Positions 38,090 to 48,450 of a stretch of DNA of 64,000 nt are shown here, piece by piece. Both the position numbers and the translations under genes were made by a program. Below the pieces are notes generated by a model. The model ran no database searches. It saw nothing but the letters and a program-made list of their open reading frames with translations, and had not been told where the DNA came from. The stretch's first letter is position 1. Every line of letters starts with the position of its first letter. The stretch comes from a virus: positions 1 through 64,000 of the IMG/VR virus record IMGVR_UViG_3300006735_000001, one strand, 5' to 3'.

Positions 38090-39067
38090 ATGTTTAACAC
38101 AAAGAATTATGTATTAGAAGGTTCAGATGTTCCAAGCACATGGGTATTTCAATATTATTTAAACTTACCAGAAAGCCTAACAGGTCAAGATGTAAAGATT
38201 AAGTCTATATTTAATCCTACAGAAAAAACTCCTAGCTTTTGTATATATGTAGATAAGAACATTATGCAATATAAGTTTAAGGATTTTTCAACTGGTAAAA
38301 GTGGTAATAAAGTTGACTTAGTTAAATCTCTATTTAATATAGAGTTTAGTGATGCTATGAGTAAAATAGTATCAGACTATAATAATTATGTGAAGTCACC
38401 TGAATATAAAAACACAGAAATAAAACCTCAAGCAAAATGGAAAATAGATTATATAAAGAATAGAGGCTGGACTGTTGAAGATAAAGATTATTGGTTATCC
38501 TTTAGAATTGGTAAAACAATGCTAGATTTCTATAATGTAAAACCTATAGAATACTATAACTTAATAAAAGAAGAAGATACTGAGATAGAAAAATTAAAAA
38601 TTTCTAGTAAACATATGTATGGATACTTTGATAAAGATGGTAACGTATACAAGATCTATCAACCTCATAGTAAAAGACATAAGTTTCATAAAGTTAAACC
38701 TTATTTACAAGGCTTTGACCAGTTAAGGTTTGATCAACCATATTTAGTTATCTGTTCATCTCTTAAAGATGCAATGTGCCTAAAAGGTATGGGATATAAT
38801 TTAGAAGTACTAGCACCAGATAGTGAGAATACTATGATTAAACCCCATATAATTGAGCATCTTAAAAAGAAATATAAAAAGATAATAACTCTTTTTGATA
38901 ATGATGATGCAGGTAAAGCAGCTATTAATAAGTATAGTGAACTTTATAAATTAGATGGTATGGTTTGTCCATCAGCTAAAGATATATCTGATGCTATGAA
39001 AAATTCTGGTTTTAAAACAGTACACTTGATGATTCAACCAATATTAAAAAATATTTTAAATAAATAA
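38090..39067 (+). CDS. DNA primase (crAss-type DnaG/Toprim)
   Basis: EKTPSF..KDFSTG (degenerate Zn-binding domain), YKIYQP, ICSSLKD, FDNDDAG, KDISD. Confidence 0.85.
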   Translation: MFNTKNYVLEGSDVPSTWVFQYYLNLPESLTGQDVKIKSIFNPTEKTPSFCIYVDKNIMQYKFKDFSTGKSGNKVDLVKSLFNIEFSDAMSKIVSDYNNYVKSPEYKNTEIKPQAKWKIDYIKNRGWTVEDKDYWLSFRIGKTMLDFYNVKPIEYYNLIKEEDTEIEKLKISSKHMYGYFDKDGNVYKIYQPHSKRHKFHKVKPYLQGFDQLRFDQPYLVICSSLKDAMCLKGMGYNLEVLAPDSENTMIKPHIIEHLKKKYKKIITLFDNDDAGKAAINKYSELYKLDGMVCPSAKDISDAMKNSGFKTVHLMIQPILKNILNK

Positions 39068-39068
39068 T

Positions 39069-39461
39069 ATGAGAACAATTAGATGGTGGATACCAGGTAA
39101 TGTTCCTTCCAGTAAAAATGGTAGGCGCTGGACTGGTAAATATTTTATAGCTAGCAAGGCTGTAATGAACTATAGAAAAGCTACTAAACATATTTATCTT
39201 AAGTATACTGATGATTTTAAGAAAGAACTAGCAAAGCAAGAGCTTCCTGTTAAGATCAGATTTGAATTTATTAGAGGTAGCCGTCATAAGTTTGACTATA
39301 TAAATCCTGCACAAACAGTACAAGATGATATGGTTAAGTATGGATGGATTGAAGATGATAATGCAGAGTTTATAATTCCTGCATTTACTAAATACTCTTA
39401 TGATAAGAGAAATCCTGGTGTATGGATAGAGTTAATATTAGAAAATGAAGAAGAAATCTAA
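39069..39461 (+). CDS. RusA-like Holliday junction resolvase
   Basis: VPSSKN, FDYIN...VQD...IEDDN. Confidence 0.75.
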   Translation: MRTIRWWIPGNVPSSKNGRRWTGKYFIASKAVMNYRKATKHIYLKYTDDFKKELAKQELPVKIRFEFIRGSRHKFDYINPAQTVQDDMVKYGWIEDDNAEFIIPAFTKYSYDKRNPGVWIELILENEEEI

Positions 39462-39738
39462 GATAATATCAGCAGAAGAATTTTTCAGATTAAGAGAAAT
39501 GTTCATGGGCTTAGATGAAGATGCTGCAATTGCTGCAGAAATATATAAAAATAGTGATATTCATCAAAAAGAAATAATTGATATTTTGATGGCTAAAGCA
39601 TTGGTGTTTGAACCAAGAAAAAAGTTTTGTGATGCAATTAAGTTTTCAATTAATTTACCAACTCATAGAAAGATTTATGCTTTTATGAAAGAGTCACAAG
39701 CAGAGGAAATTTATTTTAATATTTTAAAGGACATATGA
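39445..39738 (+). CDS. Hypothetical protein
   Basis: 97 aa, overlaps both neighbours. Confidence 0.65.
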   Translation: MKKKSKIISAEEFFRLREMFMGLDEDAAIAAEIYKNSDIHQKEIIDILMAKALVFEPRKKFCDAIKFSINLPTHRKIYAFMKESQAEEIYFNILKDI

Positions 39739-40901
39739 TAAGTACAGTACAAGAGAATGTCTCTAGAGTTTCTAAGACATTAATATTTACAGAGCCCTTT
39801 TATGGGCTCTTTTTGATTGGTTTAAATAAAAAATATATAACAACTATACCTACAGCAGGTGTTAGTAAACAAGGTATAGGTATTCAATTATCTATTAATC
39901 CAGAATTCTATATGAATTTAACTGAGGATCATAGATATGGTTTAATTAAACATGAGCTATTGCATATTGCATTTGGCCATTTATTATTAAGAGATCTATA
40001 TTCTGATCACAAGTTATTTAATATAGCAGCTGACTTAGAAATCAATCAGTATATAGATTCACATAGACTTCCTGAAGGAGGATTATTATTATCTAGCTTT
40101 CCTGAACTAAAGTTGCCTACTAAGGCAGGCACTAAGGTATACTATGATTTATTACAAGAAGCAAAAGATGAAGGAACATGCCCTTCTTTAGATAGTCTTA
40201 TGAATACTATGGATGGTAATTCACCATATTGTCACGGAACATGGGATGAGTTTGATGAGTTATCTTCTGCAGATAAAAAGCTAGTTCAAAAACAAGTAGA
40301 GCATCAACTAAAAGAAGTTGCACAAGCTACAGAAAAGAGAGCTGGTAGTGTTCCTGGAGAATTACAAGATCTGATAGATAGGCTAACTCACATTGAGCCT
40401 CCTAAGTTTGATTGGAAAGGTTATCTAAAAAGGTTTGTAGGTAATTCTAGTATAGTATATACAAAAAAGCTGAGACGTAAGTATAATAAACGTTATGCAG
40501 CAAATCCAGGACTTAAGATTAAATTTAAGAATCATATTCTTGTTGGTGTTGACACAAGTGGATCTGTAAATAATGATGAGCTAAAAGAATTTTTTAGTGA
40601 GCTTACTCATATGCATAAAACGGGTCACAAGATTACAGTAGCACAATGTGATACTAAAATAAATAGTATAAAAGAATTCAATCCTAAAAAGGATTGGGAA
40701 ATACATGGTCGTGGTGGAACTAGTTTTCAACCAGTTATTGATCACTTTAATGAAAAGAAAGGGCAATACACCGCTCTAATATATTTAACAGATGGTGAGG
40801 CTTATGCTCCAGATAACTGTCCCAAGAACACACTTTGGGTTCACAGCAGTAACTGTAGTATAAATGAAGACTTACCAGGTAAATTAATCCAATTAAATTA
40901 A
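39735..40901 (+). CDS. Metallopeptidase-like + vWA domain protein (DUF2201-type)
   Basis: HELLH (HExxH), NIAADLEIN, MIDAS DTSGS, GRGGTSF, LTDG. Confidence 0.88.
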   Translation: MISTVQENVSRVSKTLIFTEPFYGLFLIGLNKKYITTIPTAGVSKQGIGIQLSINPEFYMNLTEDHRYGLIKHELLHIAFGHLLLRDLYSDHKLFNIAADLEINQYIDSHRLPEGGLLLSSFPELKLPTKAGTKVYYDLLQEAKDEGTCPSLDSLMNTMDGNSPYCHGTWDEFDELSSADKKLVQKQVEHQLKEVAQATEKRAGSVPGELQDLIDRLTHIEPPKFDWKGYLKRFVGNSSIVYTKKLRRKYNKRYAANPGLKIKFKNHILVGVDTSGSVNNDELKEFFSELTHMHKTGHKITVAQCDTKINSIKEFNPKKDWEIHGRGGTSFQPVIDHFNEKKGQYTALIYLTDGEAYAPDNCPKNTLWVHSSNCSINEDLPGKLIQLN

Positions 40902-40908
40902 TAGAAAG

Positions 40909-42177
40909 ATGCAAGTAAATTTAAACGTAACAGAGTTAAAAGGTTTTGTTAACCACATAATTAAGAATAATAGATTCCTTCAAGATAATGGAAAAGGTCC
41001 TGTATCAGTAGAAGTTGTAGGAGAATCAGGTATTGGTAAAACATCCACTATAGTAGAGCTAGCTACAGAAAACAAACTAAAATTTGTAAAACTAAACTTA
41101 GCTCAGATAGAAGAACTTGGTGATTTAGTTGGTTTTCCAGTACGTCAATTCCAGATGTATAAAGAAAAACAAGTAACAATACCAGGTAACAAAGATGTAT
41201 CTATGGTAACTGCAACACAAAGAGCTGCAGGTGCCAGTTTAGCTAATCTAAACACTAAAGTAACTAAGAAAGTTGGTATGTGGGTAGATGAACTTGCTGT
41301 ACAAGAGTATCTAAAGAATGGATACAAAATGACCGGTAAGAATAGAATGTCTTATTGTGCACCTGAATGGATTTCTGACGCTAAAGAAGGTGGTATCTTA
41401 TTATTAGATGACTGGAACCGTGCTGATACAAGATTTATTCAAGCAGTGATGGAATTAATAGATAGACAAACTTATATTTCATGGACATTACCAAAAGACT
41501 GGCACATAATTTTGACAGCAAACCCGGATAATGGAGATTATATGGTTAACAGTGTAGATAGTGCACAGAAGACCAGATATGTAACCGCTAATCTTAAGTT
41601 TGATGTTAATGTATGGGCACAATGGGCTGAGGGTGCAGGAATTGATACTAGATGTATTAACTTCCTGCTGCTCCATCCAGAGTTAGTAACACAAGAAACT
41701 AATGCAAGATCAATTACTACATTCTTTAATTCAATTTCAAGCTTTGAAAAGTTTGAGGATAATCTTAGTATGATTCAAATGATTGGTGAAGGTAGTGTTG
41801 GTGATGCTTTTGCTTCTATGTTTACAACCTTTATTAATAACAAGCTTGATAAGCTAGTATCACCTAAAGAATTATTGACTCATGATAATGAGCAATATAT
41901 TCTTGGTCAGCTTAAATCTTGTGTTGGTGAAGATGATACATACCGTGCAGATATAGCATCTACACTAGCTACCAGACTTGGTAACTATGCAGTAGTATAT
42001 TCTAAGGATAATACTATTACACAAAAAATTACTGATAGATTAAAAGCACTTTGTACTCTAGATTATTTTACAAATGATCTTAAGTATTTAATTGTGCGTA
42101 CAATCTTTAATGGTAATAAAAGTAAATTTAATAAACTAATGATGATCCCTGAGATTATCAAAATGACAATGAAGTAA
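40909..42177 (+). CDS. MoxR-like AAA+ ATPase
   Basis: GESGIGKT, GDLVGFP, LLLDDWNRA, TANP, DSAQKTR. Confidence 0.88.
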   Translation: MQVNLNVTELKGFVNHIIKNNRFLQDNGKGPVSVEVVGESGIGKTSTIVELATENKLKFVKLNLAQIEELGDLVGFPVRQFQMYKEKQVTIPGNKDVSMVTATQRAAGASLANLNTKVTKKVGMWVDELAVQEYLKNGYKMTGKNRMSYCAPEWISDAKEGGILLLDDWNRADTRFIQAVMELIDRQTYISWTLPKDWHIILTANPDNGDYMVNSVDSAQKTRYVTANLKFDVNVWAQWAEGAGIDTRCINFLLLHPELVTQETNARSITTFFNSISSFEKFEDNLSMIQMIGEGSVGDAFASMFTTFINNKLDKLVSPKELLTHDNEQYILGQLKSCVGEDDTYRADIASTLATRLGNYAVVYSKDNTITQKITDRLKALCTLDYFTNDLKYLIVRTIFNGNKSKFNKLMMIPEIIKMTMK

Positions 42178-42178
42178 A

Positions 42179-43228
42179 ATGGCAAGTAAATCAGTATTTC
42201 AGAAATATAATACTGATGCATTAGATCATTATGATTTGGCTAATGACCCTAAATACGGGGTCATAGCCGGATCTAATATTGAAGATGTATTAGTAACAGA
42301 AGATGAACTCACATATGAGACTATAAAAGGATTACTTTCTAATCCAACTGAGACAGATCAAACATTTGTAAATAAGAAGAAAGCTTTTATCTTACCGGGT
42401 TGTCCAGTAAGTAATGAAAGATTAAAACCTGCTTTAAAAGAGCATGGTATTACTGTAACAAATGATTATACATTAGCTGACTTGATAATAGGTCATGATG
42501 ATTTTCATGATAGGTTTGAAAATGGTGAGACAATAAAAACTACTATGCTTCTATATAAACTTTGGAATTATGAAACAACCAGTGGAGCCAATGTAGGCGG
42601 TGGAAGTATTGATAAACTAATAAAAGGTCACACAAATCATGTATTGGTTACGCCTAAAGTTACTAATCAAATTAGGTATTATGATCTTGATATAGAAGAT
42701 TCAGTTTATGATTCTTGGGTCATAACAGGATTAGCATTAAACATTGCTTGGGATATAGAACAAGGTAGTAAAAGTGTTGTTGATGTAGATACAGTTTTAC
42801 ATACTTCGGCATCTAAGCAAGATTTAACTCCTGAGTTATCTGATCAGATTATAGCTATGTGGAATGCGGGTGGAGATGATAGAGCAGTAGCTCAAGCATT
42901 GCTTCCTACACTAAAGTATGATGATAACTATCATTTGCTTTGGAATCTAACACAAAGACTAGGAACCGTACATTATAGTCACCATAATAAAGATCTCAAC
43001 TACTGGTTAAAACAATGTAACTGGGAAGGATTTTATAATCGTGATGCACAAAATATGGTGTTATGGTTAGAAGAAGAAGGGAAACTAAATTCTAAAAACT
43101 TTAGATATTTAGAGCCTATAGTACGTAGAGAGATAACCATACATAACAGAGATCTATACGTATTTCAAGTAGCAGTTAAAAAACAATATCGTAAATATTT
43201 AAAAAATGAAAAAGAGATATCTAATTGA
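42179..43228 (+). CDS. Hypothetical protein with a BRCT-like segment
   Basis: KKAFILPGCPVSNERLK..HGITVTNDYTLADLIIG. Confidence 0.55.
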   Translation: MASKSVFQKYNTDALDHYDLANDPKYGVIAGSNIEDVLVTEDELTYETIKGLLSNPTETDQTFVNKKKAFILPGCPVSNERLKPALKEHGITVTNDYTLADLIIGHDDFHDRFENGETIKTTMLLYKLWNYETTSGANVGGGSIDKLIKGHTNHVLVTPKVTNQIRYYDLDIEDSVYDSWVITGLALNIAWDIEQGSKSVVDVDTVLHTSASKQDLTPELSDQIIAMWNAGGDDRAVAQALLPTLKYDDNYHLLWNLTQRLGTVHYSHHNKDLNYWLKQCNWEGFYNRDAQNMVLWLEEEGKLNSKNFRYLEPIVRREITIHNRDLYVFQVAVKKQYRKYLKNEKEISN

Positions 43229-44363
43229 TGTAAAATACAGAGATGAAGACCTTCAAGATGGAGGATTATATAAAATTAAAGAAAGTGCCATTAGAATAGC
43301 AGAAAGTGGTATTTTCTTAGGTCATACTAGTAACTGGCAAGTTAATAAGAATGATTTAAAAACTCTTAACATTCATACTAAACCGCAGGATATAGATCTT
43401 ACTAATAAAAAAGTATATAGGTATCCTCATCTTACATTACCTAGACAAAAGGTAGATTTATTAAAAGAAAGGTTTGGTATGAAAATTATAAGAAATCCTG
43501 ATAAAGCAGATTATCATGTAATATCTAGTAAATTTATTGGTAAATTGATAAACTTAGATTGGAGTAATCATTTTACTTTTTCTGATATTTTTAATTTTTT
43601 CAAGGAACTAAAAGAGCTAGATACATTATCTCCATCAGGATTAGAGAAAGCAAGAGACTTTGTTAATCATGGTGATAGAGATGGAATATACTCTTTTATG
43701 AGTTCTTATTATTATGGTAGTGATAAAAAAGCTGATGCAGTAAGAAAAAATATAGAAAAAGCTAAAGTTAATTTATCAAAATCATCATTTGCTAATACAG
43801 CTACTAGAGCTTTTACTATAAATGAGAATGAAAAAATAGACACATATACTAATCTTGTAAATAATGCAGATAAAATTATTTATGATCTAGATCTTTTAGA
43901 TATTATTGATGAAGATCTTGCTGTGATAGATAATTCTGAATATGATAGGATAAAGCAAATGATATGTAGTTCTGATAGAGAAAATAGAACTCTTGCAATT
44001 GAGATGCTTGCTAATTGTAATATCAATAAGTCTTTTGATGTAGTATCAGGATTATATTATTGGCATTATGATTGGTTTAAAGATACAGCTAACTGGAATT
44101 CAGTTAATGTAAAATCTTTAAGAGAACAATTGAAGGCATATGAAGGATCAAAGCAAATATCTGCTTCATATCCATATAATCAGTTTCTAAATCTTTTGGC
44201 CAGTGATGGAAAATTAACTAAATTTGCAGTAGATAGGACTAGAAATAACTTAGTAAAGAATGTATTGAAAAACTATGTAAATGGTGATGGTAATGCATTC
44301 TCAGTAGCCACAGATAAAGTTATTTTAAATCCCAAATTAACAGAACAAATAATTGATGAATAG
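43206..44363 (+). CDS. Hypothetical protein with a BRCT-like segment, likely paralog of 42179..43228
   Basis: KKVYRYPHLTLPRQKVDLLKERFGMKIIRNPDKADYHVIS. Helical C-domain DRENRTLAIEMLAN vs GGDDRAVAQALL. Confidence 0.55.
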   Translation: MKKRYLIDVKYRDEDLQDGGLYKIKESAIRIAESGIFLGHTSNWQVNKNDLKTLNIHTKPQDIDLTNKKVYRYPHLTLPRQKVDLLKERFGMKIIRNPDKADYHVISSKFIGKLINLDWSNHFTFSDIFNFFKELKELDTLSPSGLEKARDFVNHGDRDGIYSFMSSYYYGSDKKADAVRKNIEKAKVNLSKSSFANTATRAFTINENEKIDTYTNLVNNADKIIYDLDLLDIIDEDLAVIDNSEYDRIKQMICSSDRENRTLAIEMLANCNINKSFDVVSGLYYWHYDWFKDTANWNSVNVKSLREQLKAYEGSKQISASYPYNQFLNLLASDGKLTKFAVDRTRNNLVKNVLKNYVNGDGNAFSVATDKVILNPKLTEQIIDE

Positions 44364-45342
44364 AAACTTAGAAAAAGAAGAAGAGTTTTATGCTAAGCCT
44401 TTTAGGTTTAGCTACTCTTCTCTTAATAAACTTTTATTTTCACCTTCCTTATTTTATAAGGACTATATATTACAAGAACGTGAGGTAAGAACTGATAAAC
44501 ATTTAGTAGAAGGTAAGCTTGTACATTGTTTAGTGTTTGAACCTGAGAACTTAAATAAAAAGTTTAACATAGTACCTGGTAAAGCGCCATCAGATAGTGT
44601 TAGAAAGGTATTAAAAGACATGTCACTGCATACAGATGTTGAAAAGCTATCAGAAGTAGATGATTTTATTATATTAGATTCACTAAAAGAAATGAATCTT
44701 TATCAGTCATTAAAAGCAGATGAGGCTCGTATTGCTAAAATCAGAACTCTTGATAATGAACCTTATTGGAAATTTTTATCTAATGATGCTGTTGATGTTA
44801 TTAATCAAGATACTTTGTTAGATTGCAAGGCAAAGTCTGAGGTTATAATTGCTAATGAAAAAGTCATGAATTTATTTAAAGATGAACAAACTGATTTTGA
44901 CTTAGACCCAATAAGTATATATGCAGAAAAGTATTTGTCTTCTGAACTTAAAAACGTTGACTTTGGATTACACGGTTATGTAGATTATTTAAAGATAGAT
45001 ACAGATAAAAAGATTGCAACAATATGTGATCTTAAAACAACTGGTAAAACAATTTCAGATTTTAAAGAAACTGTTGATTTCTATAATTATTGGTTACAGG
45101 CAGCTATTTATATGAAATTAGTTTATGATTTTATAGAAAAAGATGCAGATCAATATAAACTAGAATTTAAGTTTATTGTTATAGATAAGTATAATCAGGT
45201 ATATGTATTTGATGTTAGTGATGAAACCATAAATGCATGGACAAATGGTCTTGAAGGTGTTATAAACACTGCAAAATTCCATTATTCAGAGAAAAACTAC
45301 AGTTTACCATATGATTTCTTAGTTAATAACATTAAATTATAG
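44353..45342 (+). CDS. PD-(D/E)XK exonuclease (RecE/ExoVIII-like)
   Basis: FSYSSL, GKLVHCLVFEP, GYVD, DLKTT, YWLQAAIY. Confidence 0.85.
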   Translation: MMNRNLEKEEEFYAKPFRFSYSSLNKLLFSPSLFYKDYILQEREVRTDKHLVEGKLVHCLVFEPENLNKKFNIVPGKAPSDSVRKVLKDMSLHTDVEKLSEVDDFIILDSLKEMNLYQSLKADEARIAKIRTLDNEPYWKFLSNDAVDVINQDTLLDCKAKSEVIIANEKVMNLFKDEQTDFDLDPISIYAEKYLSSELKNVDFGLHGYVDYLKIDTDKKIATICDLKTTGKTISDFKETVDFYNYWLQAAIYMKLVYDFIEKDADQYKLEFKFIVIDKYNQVYVFDVSDETINAWTNGLEGVINTAKFHYSEKNYSLPYDFLVNNIKL

Positions 45343-45343
45343 T

Positions 45344-45922
45344 ATGAGTGAAGTGTATACAGATTATTTTCAAAAGAGTAAAATCTTTCTATATCCATTA
45401 CTAAAGATAAAGAAAGGATTAAATTTTGTTCCTAAGCAGACATATGTTTGCTGGGAACATGTTTACTCTGTTAATGATTTTAAGTTTTTATGTCAGTATA
45501 ATTATAAAAATAAGGAGAAATTCCAAAAATTTATAATGAAAACATTTAAAGATCATCCACTGTTTGATGATATTATAAAACTAAGTGACACATCAGCTTT
45601 AGTCATATTTGATTTTACAACATTAAAAAATGATTATAAAAGATTTATTGATGGGCAATATTCTAAGTTGTCTCTAGATACTAAAATCACTATAATAGAT
45701 TTTTTTGGACAGAATACTACTATACATGAATGTATACAAGGGTTTTTATCTCCAGAAGAAGTGCACGAACTATATGCAAAAAATTTACAAGTAGATATAA
45801 AATTGATAAAAGAAATATATGAAGTTTGTAGTAAGCCAAATCTAAAAAAAGAAACAATAGTAGATAATAATTATATTATTTACCAATTATTACAAAAAGA
45901 ATCAATATCTTTGATTAAATAA
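45344..45922 (+). CDS. Hypothetical protein
   Basis: 192 aa, FLYPLL and GQYSKLS motifs. Confidence 0.7.
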   Translation: MSEVYTDYFQKSKIFLYPLLKIKKGLNFVPKQTYVCWEHVYSVNDFKFLCQYNYKNKEKFQKFIMKTFKDHPLFDDIIKLSDTSALVIFDFTTLKNDYKRFIDGQYSKLSLDTKITIIDFFGQNTTIHECIQGFLSPEEVHELYAKNLQVDIKLIKEIYEVCSKPNLKKETIVDNNYIIYQLLQKESISLIK

Positions 45923-45935
45923 ATCAATTAATTTT

Positions 45936-46352
45936 ATGGCACAAATAGGACAAAACATGATGTTAGTACATTCTACATTTAGAAATGCTAAATCATTTAC
46001 ATTAATTCCAGTGAGTAATGACTCACCATACACAGAAGCTATGTTTGACCCTGCGTCAGGCATTTTAGCAGTCATCAGTAAAGTGATGAAACAATCTTAT
46101 CATATGGTTCCAAAGTTAGATGACAATGGAGAACCACAAAGATTAAAACATCCAAACCCACAAACAGGTAAAACTGTTAAAGAAGAGAGAAGGCTAGTGG
46201 ATACATTCTCTGAATTCTATTTAAATAATAAAAATGATATAGATGTATTTATTCATATGTTTGCGGTAAATGCTGAAACATTTGATTATAAATCATATAT
46301 GGTAGATGTTAATGAAACAAAACAATCTCCAATCATAATGTCAACTAAATAA
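45936..46352 (+). CDS. Hypothetical protein
   Basis: 138 aa. Confidence 0.7.
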   Translation: MAQIGQNMMLVHSTFRNAKSFTLIPVSNDSPYTEAMFDPASGILAVISKVMKQSYHMVPKLDDNGEPQRLKHPNPQTGKTVKEERRLVDTFSEFYLNNKNDIDVFIHMFAVNAETFDYKSYMVDVNETKQSPIIMSTK

Positions 46353-46395
46353 GGACTCAGTCCTATCCACTAATCTTAAGTCTATTATTTACTGA

Positions 46396-46431
46396 CACAA
46401 AGGAGACATACTATGTATGTCTTTTTTTGTG
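46396..46431 (+). terminator. Rho-independent terminator upstream of polB
   Basis: AAAGGAGACATAC-TAT-GTATGTCTTTTTT. Confidence 0.65.
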
Positions 46432-46452
46432 CAAAACTTTAATGATTACTAT

Positions 46453-48450
46453 ATGAAGAAACATTGGGTAATGGATTATGAAACCTTAGCTAATTGTTTT
46501 GTTGCTGTATTTGAAGATTATAAATCTCTTGAAACAAAAATATTTGTTGTACACGATCTACAAAATGATTTTGGTAAATTCATACTCTTTCTAAAAGATA
46601 ACATAAGAAAAAAAGAATGGCATATATCCTATAATGGATTAGCATTTGATGCGCAGGTCACTCACTATATATTAGAAAATCATACAAAATGGGATGCAGA
46701 CTTAAAAGGTTCTGAGATAGCTTGTGCTATATATAACTACGCACAAATTTGTATACAAAAGTCAAATAATAAAGAATGGGGTGATTACCCACAATGGAAA
46801 ATGGAAATAGGTCAGATAGATTTATTTAAATTACATCATTGGGATAATCCTGCTAAACGTTCAAGTCTTAAATGGATACAATATAGCATGGATTGGGAAA
46901 ACATTCTTGATATGCCTATTCATCATGAGACAGAAATTACTACTAAAGAAGAGTTAGATACTATTATTGGTTATTGTATAAATGATGTAAGATCCACAAA
47001 GGAAATATTTAAAAGATCTATATCACAAATTAAATTAAGGAAAGAACTAACCTCTACATATGGAATTAATCTTTTTAGTGCTTCAGAACCTAGAATAAGT
47101 AAAGAAATATTTGGTTACTATCTATCACGTAATCTTAATATACCAAAAAGAGATCTCAAGAAGATGAGAACTTATAGAGATGTATTAAAGATTAAAGATA
47201 TATTATTATCATACATTTCTTTTACATCACCAGAGTTTAAAGTATTACATGAAAGATTTAAGTCTCTTGATATAGATGCTAGCAAATTAAAAGGTAGCTT
47301 TAAGTATAGAGTTAATTATAAAGGTGTAAATACAGACTTTGGTTTAGGTGGTGTACACGGTGCTAGAAAGAAAGGAGTCTATGAATCTAATGATGATGTT
47401 GTTATAATATCTTCTGATGTTACCAGTTTCTATCCTAATCTAGCTATAAAGAATCAATGGTCTCCTGGACACTTCCCTAAAGAAGAGTTTTGTGATCAGT
47501 ATGAGTGGTTCTTTGAAGAGCGTAAGAAGATACCTAAGAGTAATCCAATGAACTATGTATATAAGATTATACTTAATTCAACTTTTGGTCTTAGTAATGA
47601 TGATAAAAGTTTCTTTTATGATCCAGAGCTTTGTGCTAGAATAACTATCAATGGACAGTTAACACTGATGATGTTATATGAACAGATAATGGAAAGAATT
47701 CCTGATGCAATTGCTTTAATACATAATACAGATGGTATAGAAACTATAATTCCTAGGAAAGATATGGATCTTTATATGGAAATATGTAAAGAATGGGAAG
47801 ATACAACCAATCTTAATCTTGAGCATGATGAATATCAGAAGCTTGTATTAGCTGATGTCAATAATTATATTGGTGTGAATAATTATATAGATGTTGACAT
47901 TACTAAGTGGAGAGAAGTTAAACAGAGTCAGCCTCATTATCTATTTAAGGTAGAGAATGACAAGTTTAGCTTTGCTCCTGTCAAGTTAAAAGGTCGTTTT
48001 GATTTCCATAATTTACAATTACACAAAAATAAATCAAAGCTTGTAATTCCTAAAGCTATATATCAATACTTTGTAAATAATGTTTTACCTGAAGAGTATT
48101 TAACTCAGAATAAAAATATTCTTGATTATTGTATTGGTGGAAAATCTAAAGGAGATTGGCAACAACAAGCTAGATTTATTAAAGATGGTGTATATACAGA
48201 AGAATCTTTACAAAAAATAAATAGATATTTTATATCTAACACGGGTGTAAAGATTGTCAAAGTTAATAAGAATGATAGACGTGAGATACAACTTGAATCT
48301 GGTAAATGGCAACAAACTATTTTTAATAAGATGGAAGTAAGACCTAAATGGGATAACTATGACCTTAATAAAGGTTATTATTTAGCTGCTATTGAAAAAG
48401 AGATCAATGATATCATATCTATTAGTACAAATCAACTTAAATTATTTTGA
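46453..48450 (+). CDS. polB: DNA polymerase, family B
   Basis: Exonuclease motifs DYE, YNGLAFD, YCIND. Polymerase motifs SDVTSFYP, KIILNSTFG, NTDG. The track start 46417 lies inside the terminator hairpin. Confidence 0.92.
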   Translation: MKKHWVMDYETLANCFVAVFEDYKSLETKIFVVHDLQNDFGKFILFLKDNIRKKEWHISYNGLAFDAQVTHYILENHTKWDADLKGSEIACAIYNYAQICIQKSNNKEWGDYPQWKMEIGQIDLFKLHHWDNPAKRSSLKWIQYSMDWENILDMPIHHETEITTKEELDTIIGYCINDVRSTKEIFKRSISQIKLRKELTSTYGINLFSASEPRISKEIFGYYLSRNLNIPKRDLKKMRTYRDVLKIKDILLSYISFTSPEFKVLHERFKSLDIDASKLKGSFKYRVNYKGVNTDFGLGGVHGARKKGVYESNDDVVIISSDVTSFYPNLAIKNQWSPGHFPKEEFCDQYEWFFEERKKIPKSNPMNYVYKIILNSTFGLSNDDKSFFYDPELCARITINGQLTLMMLYEQIMERIPDAIALIHNTDGIETIIPRKDMDLYMEICKEWEDTTNLNLEHDEYQKLVLADVNNYIGVNNYIDVDITKWREVKQSQPHYLFKVENDKFSFAPVKLKGRFDFHNLQLHKNKSKLVIPKAIYQYFVNNVLPEEYLTQNKNILDYCIGGKSKGDWQQQARFIKDGVYTEESLQKINRYFISNTGVKIVKVNKNDRREIQLESGKWQQTIFNKMEVRPKWDNYDLNKGYYLAAIEKEINDIISISTNQLKLF

